64,000 bases of DNA, taken from the IMG/VR virus record IMGVR_UViG_3300013093_003863, positions 24,770-88,769 of that record; one strand, given 5' to 3'. The notes beneath the pieces are model-generated. The model saw nothing but the letters and a program-made list of their open reading frames with translations. It ran no database searches and was not told where the DNA came from. A program made the translations under genes and the position numbers. The first letter of the stretch is position 1. The number at the start of each line of letters is the position of its first letter. The stretch is from a virus. This document shows, in pieces, positions 58,280-64,000 of this stretch.

Positions 58280-58452
58280 TATCCAATCCTAGTTGTGCTA
58301 AAAATATCCCGAACAATGCCACGCAGTGCCTGACCAAGGGTTGAACCACGACTCATTCGTTCCTCGACGTTGAGCTTGGCCAGCCATACAATCAGAATCA
58401 CAAAGTAACCCAACATGGCCAAAGTCATGGCATCTAAAAATAAATCTAACAT
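58279..58452 (-). CDS. Small membrane protein (absent from ORF track)
   Basis: 57 aa with one TM segment; fills the gap; TAATG coupling. Confidence 0.45.
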   Translation of the reverse strand: MLDLFLDAMTLAMLGYFVILIVWLAKLNVEERMSRGSTLGQALRGIVRDIFSTTRIG

Positions 58453-58461
58453 AATTGTTCT

Positions 58462-59772
58462 TTATAACTTTTCGCCTGGAGCAAAGCCCCTAAACGATTT
58501 GAATCTTGGAAAGCGCAAACTATAGCTACCGTCTTGATTTTGTGTGACTGCATCGGCACGCACTTCAACCACTTGCCCAATAGTTCCTGCTTTATCGGCC
58601 CATACTGTATCCCGCAACTCATCTGATAAGCCACCGCCCACACTTACACGAATTAGCTTACCATCGTCCTCGCCTTCACAGATCAAGTTGCCCAGTCTTC
58701 CCGCATTCTTGCCTGTACCTTCTTCACAGTCTACTACAGTGAGCGATACTTCGATGTAGGGTTTGAGTTTGAGCCATGTGCGTCCACGTTTGCATTCGTA
58801 AACTGCCTCGGGGTCTTTGATCATGATGCCTTCGTAGCCGCCTGCAATGGCCTCACGATTGATTGCATTGTATCGTTGTTGTCCGGCCTTGGTATCTAAG
58901 TCTACAACTTTTTGTCCAACAACTGCAACATTAGGCATGTGGTCTCCAACATGAGCAAGCCAATTTGTCAGTGTAGTACTACGGTCCCGTTGTTTAAAAT
59001 CACCGCGGCCTGCACTAAATTCCGCTAAACTAAGTATGTCAAATAAATGCAATACGGCATCTTGTGTTTGAGCATTTTCTTTTCTACGTGCCTGCTTCAT
59101 TAGGTCTTGGAAACTAGCACTCATAACCTCGCCATCAAGCACTGTAGGTACCTTGAATAACCGGGCATGCCGGGCAATCTGTTCCTTGATGTGCGGAAAG
59201 TTTGCCAGCTCTTTGCCATTGCGACTGTACTGGTCCACTCTACCATCGGGATACACAATAGTGATCACACGCATGCCATCTAGTTTTACTTCAACAATTT
59301 TTTCGCCAACAAGTAAATCTTCATGATGCGTACTGTCGCTAGCCAGCTGACAACTAAAAACGGGAATTGAGTACCGGTCATTTATTTTTGCCACCACTTT
59401 GTTTACGGTTTTCTCGCTTACACCACAACGCAGGTCTTTGATTAAAATTCTGCGATACCAACCATTCCATTCTTGAACAGTGGCATGGTTCATCATGTGC
59501 ACTATGGCCACACGAGCCGCGTCTCCGGTCAATTGTCTCTTTGCTAGCAGTTCAGCATTCTTCCAAAATGTATTGGGATTAAGACCGCGTCCATCCTTTA
59601 CTGCTTCGGGCACTTGCTTAACGCCATAAGTTATCATTGGATCAAGAGCAGCACGAATACCGCGGAACAATTCCGCATTGCCAGCAATAGCTTCAGCTTC
59701 AAGAATTGCTTCTTTGTTTAAACGACTGGGATGCTCTTCTAAACTGGTTATAACTCGAAAACATTCTGACAT
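58462..59772 (-). CDS. ATP-dependent DNA ligase
   Basis: EVKLDGMR (KxDG), LDGE, FDIL, EGIMIK, WLKLK, SLRFPRF. Confidence 0.95.
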   Translation of the reverse strand: MSECFRVITSLEEHPSRLNKEAILEAEAIAGNAELFRGIRAALDPMITYGVKQVPEAVKDGRGLNPNTFWKNAELLAKRQLTGDAARVAIVHMMNHATVQEWNGWYRRILIKDLRCGVSEKTVNKVVAKINDRYSIPVFSCQLASDSTHHEDLLVGEKIVEVKLDGMRVITIVYPDGRVDQYSRNGKELANFPHIKEQIARHARLFKVPTVLDGEVMSASFQDLMKQARRKENAQTQDAVLHLFDILSLAEFSAGRGDFKQRDRSTTLTNWLAHVGDHMPNVAVVGQKVVDLDTKAGQQRYNAINREAIAGGYEGIMIKDPEAVYECKRGRTWLKLKPYIEVSLTVVDCEEGTGKNAGRLGNLICEGEDDGKLIRVSVGGGLSDELRDTVWADKAGTIGQVVEVRADAVTQNQDGSYSLRFPRFKSFRGFAPGEKL

Positions 59773-59801
59773 TGCAATTCCTTATTTCTTAATATGTACA
59801 T

Positions 59802-59830
59802 ATTATAGCACTTTTGCCATTCTGTGTCAA
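59802..59830 (-). promoter_or_regulatory. Consensus sigma70 promoter for ligase
   Basis: TTGACA-17-TATAAT. Confidence 0.8.
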
Positions 59831-59831
59831 A

Positions 59832-60077
59832 TCACTGATTCTGTGATTTTGTCAACAAGAACATGGTGACATCTGCGCTATCAACTTTGACACATTGTGA
59901 GCTATATCTTGTGATGGTTTTTCGCCAGTTCCAACTGTTATGATCACTTAACGGAGTCATTGCGGCCTGCTTGGGAGTAAACCGTTCGATCCTACCCAAT
60001 ACTAGTCCGCCGCCATTGACGCCTTCAAATGCAACTACATCACCCACAGTCAATTCTCGTCCTAGAAAATCTTTCAT
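59832..60077 (-). CDS. Hypothetical SH3-like small protein
   Basis: DFLGRELTVGDVVAF...G.I..FTPK. Confidence 0.5.
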   Translation of the reverse strand: MKDFLGRELTVGDVVAFEGVNGGGLVLGRIERFTPKQAAMTPLSDHNSWNWRKTITRYSSQCVKVDSADVTMFLLTKSQNQ

Positions 60078-60383
60078 TTACACTTCCTTTAATTTTTCAA
60101 ATACAGTCAACTTGCTGATCATGTACTGTGTTTGATCCAAGTTCTGTATAACACTGGTCAAACTTGATTTGATGTGTTTGATTTGTGATTCGTCAAGTTC
60201 GCGTATAAACCGTGAACTCTGCAAGGGATTTGTCAGTTTAAGTTCGTACCCCACTTGGAATACCGTCTGCTTTTCAAGTTGCGACATGCCAACGACACTG
60301 TTGTGTCCCAACATGAGAGCAACGTCATGTTCTGTGACCTCGGCTAAGAATTTTGTACTGTCTACTTTGGCTATGATTTTCAT
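60078..60383 (-). CDS. Hypothetical protein
   Basis: 101 aa from MKIIAK. Confidence 0.5.
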   Translation of the reverse strand: MKIIAKVDSTKFLAEVTEHDVALMLGHNSVVGMSQLEKQTVFQVGYELKLTNPLQSSRFIRELDESQIKHIKSSLTSVIQNLDQTQYMISKLTVFEKLKEV

Positions 60384-60541
60384 TCTACTTCTACCTCTCT
60401 GTATTCGCGCCATTCTTGTACGTTACTTGTGAATTCATCTCGCCATACTAGGGCTTTGGCTTCGTCATCAAACACCTTGACCACAGTTTCATGTTGGTCA
60501 CAACCGTTATAAAAAACTTCAACGCCTAGATAAACTTTCAT
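60380..60541 (-). CDS. Small hypothetical protein (absent from ORF track)
   Basis: MKVYLGVEVF..., 53 aa; ATGA overlap at both ends. Confidence 0.5.
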   Translation of the reverse strand: MKVYLGVEVFYNGCDQHETVVKVFDDEAKALVWRDEFTSNVQEWREYREVEVE

Positions 60542-60885
60542 TTTGCAAACGCCTTAACATGTCGGCAATCACCTCTAAACTTGAATCCCGAACAACTGCA
60601 ACTGTATACTCCATCTTCTAATCGCACAATGTACAAGTCGCCCCGGCTACCAGTAACTTCCCAACGATTGGGGTTTGTGGTTTCTTCAACTGTAAAGTTA
60701 TTGGGGTCGGCAATTTCTCGAAACTTACGACCACGTGTGTCTATACGTATAGGCGTTTTAAATTTGAAAACTGCCCGATCCCCGGCCCGGATATAGGCAA
60801 ACATCTTGCTCTTACTGTCGTCCATGTAGTAGGCATGGTTCGGAGTCGAATCAGGCCACTCAGTGGTTTCTTGAAATAACTTCAT
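60538..60885 (-). CDS. SWIM zinc finger protein
   Basis: CSCSGFKFRGDCRH. Confidence 0.7.
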   Translation of the reverse strand: MKLFQETTEWPDSTPNHAYYMDDSKSKMFAYIRAGDRAVFKFKTPIRIDTRGRKFREIADPNNFTVEETTNPNRWEVTGSRGDLYIVRLEDGVYSCSCSGFKFRGDCRHVKAFAK

Positions 60886-60894
60886 GTCTACTCC

Positions 60895-61596
60895 TTAATA
60901 AGGTACGTTTTTATAAAACACGTGCGGGCCGGCCTTGGCCACTACTTGGCCTTGTCTGGCCCATCTGGGGTTAACATAATTTGCGTGATAATGTAATACA
61001 TCTTCACTGTCTAATTTTTTAACTCTAAGTCCATTCATTAATGCTTGAGCCTCGGTCACATACTTGTTTTTCTGTTCTTGAGACCACTGTATTAATCTTT
61101 CGTCAGTCCAACTAAATTGTTTAGGAGAGTAAACTACCTTGCACATAGTATCACCCCAAGCACCTTCTCGTAAACGATTGATATGTACTTGACCCACTGC
61201 CAATTGTGCATTTTCATTCAAGTTACCTGCTTCACGAAAAATACTGTATGCAAGGCAATCTACGTCCCGTTGACTTTGTCCGGCAATTTTTTTACCTTTA
61301 AGGTCAACTGCTAGTTCGCCCTTTGCAATATCGGCCTTGAATGGAACATTGTCTAACTTGGCAATAGGCTTGGCTTTGGGAGCAGGCTCGTCGAATGAGA
61401 TTTGCACATAATAGCCCTTGGCGGCTTTGGTTTTTTCAACCTTTGCTAACTCGGCTCGTTTTTCGGTATTGGTTTTAAAGTTGGCAACATTGACCTTGTG
61501 TCCTTTAGCCCTAATAGGATTTCCAAATTGGTCTTCGGTCCACATTGCATAAACCTGCGTACTTGCCAACAACAGTAAAATTGATAATCTTTTCAT
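60895..61596 (-). CDS. Cell wall hydrolase (SleB/Hydrolase_2)
   Basis: Signal peptide; CLAYSIFREAG, INR, CKVVY..KQFSW, HYHANYVNPRW, HVFY. Confidence 0.88.
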   Translation of the reverse strand: MKRLSILLLLASTQVYAMWTEDQFGNPIRAKGHKVNVANFKTNTEKRAELAKVEKTKAAKGYYVQISFDEPAPKAKPIAKLDNVPFKADIAKGELAVDLKGKKIAGQSQRDVDCLAYSIFREAGNLNENAQLAVGQVHINRLREGAWGDTMCKVVYSPKQFSWTDERLIQWSQEQKNKYVTEAQALMNGLRVKKLDSEDVLHYHANYVNPRWARQGQVVAKAGPHVFYKNVPY

Positions 61597-61695
61597 CTTG
61601 AATTAATTTATTACTATAACTTGATTATAGCAAAAATCCCAATTTGGTGCAAATCGGGCGTTGTTTTTGTGCAACAAAAAACTAATACTTGAGTA

Positions 61696-62574
61696 TTACT
61701 CGACCAAGCGTCTAAAATGCTGAGTCTGTTCCTCAATGTACTGATTGGGGTTACGCACCGGCTTCATGGGAATGTATCCGGTCTGCATCAAATTTTCTAC
61801 TTCGGGCAAGTAGTTGACAAAATTTGTCAGCACATCTACAACCACGGGATTGTGCAATAAATTACTGTCATTGGGAACTGCAAACGCCAGCCATTGGTGC
61901 AATTGAAATCCCGGCAGTGTGGTCGATATCAAGGGCAAGTCAACACCTCGAACTCGATCACTCACGGCCAGTATTCGTACCAAGCCGGCCTTGTGATTGG
62001 GATATTCGGTGCTGAATCCGTCGAACCCACAGGCAACTTCTTTACTGGCTACAGCCATGGTCAACTGTGCTCCGCCTTTGTAGGGCACTGGCTCAAAATG
62101 TGTGCCGAATCGGTTGTTCAAGTAACGTATGGCCAAAAATGCATGAGCACCTCCGGCAGCACATAACACTGTATCTTTTTTGGCAGCTGCGATCAATTCA
62201 GACAAACTTTGATAACCAGTGGGATTGGACACAAACACAGTGGGAGTATCAATTATGGGCGAAAAGAATGTCATGGTTTGAGCATGTAGATTTTCTCTGT
62301 TCTTGACCACGTGGTTGTAAACAAAATCACTAGTGGCTCCGTTTAATATGGTATTGTTGTGATTCAATTGCATGTGTGCATAGGCCACATCGCCTTGACC
62401 ACCTGTCTTGTAGTTTATGATATTTTTTACACCACGATTGGATAACATGATACTGAGCATGTGGCTGGTTATGTCGCTAGCACCACCGGGCGATACCGGC
62501 ACCACAATTTCAATAACTTCCTCGGCATACACCAAGTTGGCGACAAAGATCAATAGCAACAACAGTTTTTTCAT
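61696..62574 (-). CDS. TctC/Bug-family periplasmic solute-binding protein
   Basis: Signal peptide; IVVPVSPGGASD, VPYKGGA, VRILAVS. Confidence 0.85.
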   Translation of the reverse strand: MKKLLLLLIFVANLVYAEEVIEIVVPVSPGGASDITSHMLSIMLSNRGVKNIINYKTGGQGDVAYAHMQLNHNNTILNGATSDFVYNHVVKNRENLHAQTMTFFSPIIDTPTVFVSNPTGYQSLSELIAAAKKDTVLCAAGGAHAFLAIRYLNNRFGTHFEPVPYKGGAQLTMAVASKEVACGFDGFSTEYPNHKAGLVRILAVSDRVRGVDLPLISTTLPGFQLHQWLAFAVPNDSNLLHNPVVVDVLTNFVNYLPEVENLMQTGYIPMKPVRNPNQYIEEQTQHFRRLVE

Positions 62575-63687
62575 TTAGGGTCCTAGGTTATAAGATTTAG
62601 CGTGAAGGGTTCGACTTAAAAATATATGATTGGGTTTTTCAAATGCTGTTTGATTCAAGTATTCGTAAAAGCCGCGTTCGCTGGCCAAATTGTGCCAGCC
62701 GCGTACATAATTGGTGACTATGGGATTTTGACTTTTCAAGGCGTCGATCACACTCTTTTCGCTGCGTACTGCATCAAAATCAAACACACTCTTGGATACA
62801 TCTAACTGGGTCTCGGTCACATGCGAGCCATTTATTTTCTGTGCAAAACTAACACCCTGAGATAGTTCGGGGTGTCGTCCCACTGCTCTAGCCCAGGCAG
62901 TATATCCCGGACTGCTTCGGGTATAAAATCGTGTACGTACTTCGAGATTTTTATCTTGGCGTTGCAACTGTTTCAGCATGTTCTTGGCCATGTGACTCTG
63001 TTTGCAATTGATCACTGGATCAAGGAAAAAGCACTCTTGATGTTGTTGTCCCATGGCTATTTTTAATCCGTTGTGATCGCTCTGCTTGGTCCACCAGGTG
63101 CCGTCCCGGAATCCCACTATGGGTTTTTCTAGCCCCACAATGGCTGCCCAAGTATAAGCCCCGTGATGTTGTTCGCAGATTCTAGTGGAATACTCGCAAA
63201 TTTGTCCGTGTATGGGGAAACGTGCACTACCTCCGCGATTTTGAAAAAGCCATTCGTCATTTTGAATTTCGGGTTCTCTAACTTCGGGATCGTCTTCACT
63301 GTAACTGGTAATAATAGTGGTGGGATCCCAGTGATTGGTTTTCATCCAGGTCACATGGCTGTAGGGTTGCCCGGGCACTTTGTCTCCGTACTTGATAATT
63401 ATTTCATCCAAGTGAATACGATTTTGTGCAAAGATATTGTATATGGTATGACTGTCAGTTCCACCGCTCCAGTGTAGCACCAGTCGTTGATATTTGTTAC
63501 GCAGATTGTGGGCATGCTGGGTCATCAGCTGATCTAGAGTTTGCGGCGGCTCGCGACTCCAATCGCCTAATGCATCATTTTCTTGATCATAGCAGTGAAA
63601 GGTAACGGGTAGCCCGGTCTTGTACGATTCAAATTGGGCCAGGTACCAATTGAAAATTTGTTTGTTGTTTACTTGATAATAGATCAT
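62575..63687 (-). CDS. PP-loop (adenine nucleotide alpha hydrolase-like) protein
   Basis: WSGGTDSHT; paralog of 23221-24405; start reassigned to MIYYQ. Confidence 0.65.
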   Translation of the reverse strand: MIYYQVNNKQIFNWYLAQFESYKTGLPVTFHCYDQENDALGDWSREPPQTLDQLMTQHAHNLRNKYQRLVLHWSGGTDSHTIYNIFAQNRIHLDEIIIKYGDKVPGQPYSHVTWMKTNHWDPTTIITSYSEDDPEVREPEIQNDEWLFQNRGGSARFPIHGQICEYSTRICEQHHGAYTWAAIVGLEKPIVGFRDGTWWTKQSDHNGLKIAMGQQHQECFFLDPVINCKQSHMAKNMLKQLQRQDKNLEVRTRFYTRSSPGYTAWARAVGRHPELSQGVSFAQKINGSHVTETQLDVSKSVFDFDAVRSEKSVIDALKSQNPIVTNYVRGWHNLASERGFYEYLNQTAFEKPNHIFLSRTLHAKSYNLGP

Positions 63688-63693
63688 GTCGCT

Positions 63694-63722
63694 AGTATAC
63701 ACGAATGAGGAGATTTTGTCAA
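63694..63722 (-). promoter_or_regulatory. sigma70 promoter (predicted leaderless transcript)
   Basis: TTGACA-17-TATACT, with ATG 7 nt downstream of the -10. Confidence 0.7.
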
Positions 63723-63728
63723 GGAAGA

Positions 63729-63746
63729 AGCCCACCAAAGTGGGCT
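63729..63746 (-). terminator. Probable terminator hairpin after tmRNA coding piece
   Basis: AGCCCAC/GTGGGCT stem followed by TCTTCCTT on minus strand. Confidence 0.55.
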
Positions 63747-64000
63747 GGTTGTTTCTGTTACGAGGTATTTCCTACCCTAGGCCGAGTTTAGGCAGCCAAT
63801 GCGAACAGTTCGTCGTTTGCGTTTACGTTTTTTGCTTCTTCGACCGGGTCACCCCAATCCTAACGGCTTCTACATTGCCGAGCGCCACTATTCTTACTCT
63901 TTGCCCAATCGATCACCATGTCAGGCCCATCATAAAAACACAATACCAAAGTAAATTTACAGTGAATACCAAAGTAAATTTATGCTCTTATGGTGGACCT
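63747..64000 (-). ncRNA. ssrA: Circularly permuted (two-piece) tmRNA; acceptor piece truncated by window edge
   Basis: AGGUCC-A-CCA ends at 63991, then a 62-nt spacer, then 5' strand GGGCCUG at 63928 (G3-U70 pair, A discriminator); tag frame 63820-63788 encodes ANDELFALAA-stop. Confidence 0.9.

Noticed and set aside
59832-60077. ORF ending MFLLTK as a dispersed member of the mini-gene family
   Set aside because: Only a partial motif match, a different predicted fold and no junction repeat; not enough support.
63991-64000. 3' end of a tRNA at the window edge
   Set aside because: It pairs with GGGCCUG 62 nt downstream, which leads to a tag reading frame; a permuted tmRNA explains it better.
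1-64000. Stop-codon reassignment, as in some jumbo phages
   Set aside because: Known genes are full length in code 11, and TAA, TAG and TGA all end genes at expected positions.
1-64000. Cellular chromosome origin suggested by clpA, dnaJ, infA, sod, erpA and ssrA
   Set aside because: These genes are interspersed with a lysis cassette, T4-like clamp loader, tail proteins and late promoter motifs, without normal bacterial operon context.

Overview
This window looks like a 64-kb slice of a large tailed dsDNA bacteriophage (jumbo-phage-like), not a cellular chromosome. It is very gene-dense, mostly minus strand, uses the standard genetic code, and has T4-like late promoter motifs (TAAATA) plus near-consensus sigma70 promoters. 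From left to right it holds: a glycosyltransferase and an acyl carrier protein flanked by two structured RNA candidates; a block of large modular proteins (1.8-13.1 kb) whose domains are separated by hydrophobic-x-Glu motifs resembling prohead-protease sites; ClpA and DnaJ; a lysis cassette (GH19 endolysin, spanins, holin candidate); a metabolic cluster (PP-loop ATPase, TctC/Bug binding proteins, sulfotransferase-like P-loop proteins, 2OG-Fe(II)-like oxygenase, GATase, ferritin-like diiron protein, methyltransferase); PhoH, two radical SAM enzymes, a clamp loader, GroES and a stand-alone DnaE fragment; tail/baseplate proteins; ErpA, SOD and IF-1; an HNH-NUMOD3 endonuclease; a tandem array of 14 small paralogs ending in an F-x-L-[RK]-W-like motif; a DctP protein; three Pro/Thr-rich plus-strand ORFs; DNA ligase; a cell wall hydrolase; a second PP-loop/TctC pair; and, at the right edge, a circularly permuted (two-piece) tmRNA gene with tag ANDELFALAA. 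The tag and the Bug proteins suggest a betaproteobacterial host (inference). No CRISPR array, tRNA or rRNA was seen. All calls come from motif recognition by eye; no database searches were run.
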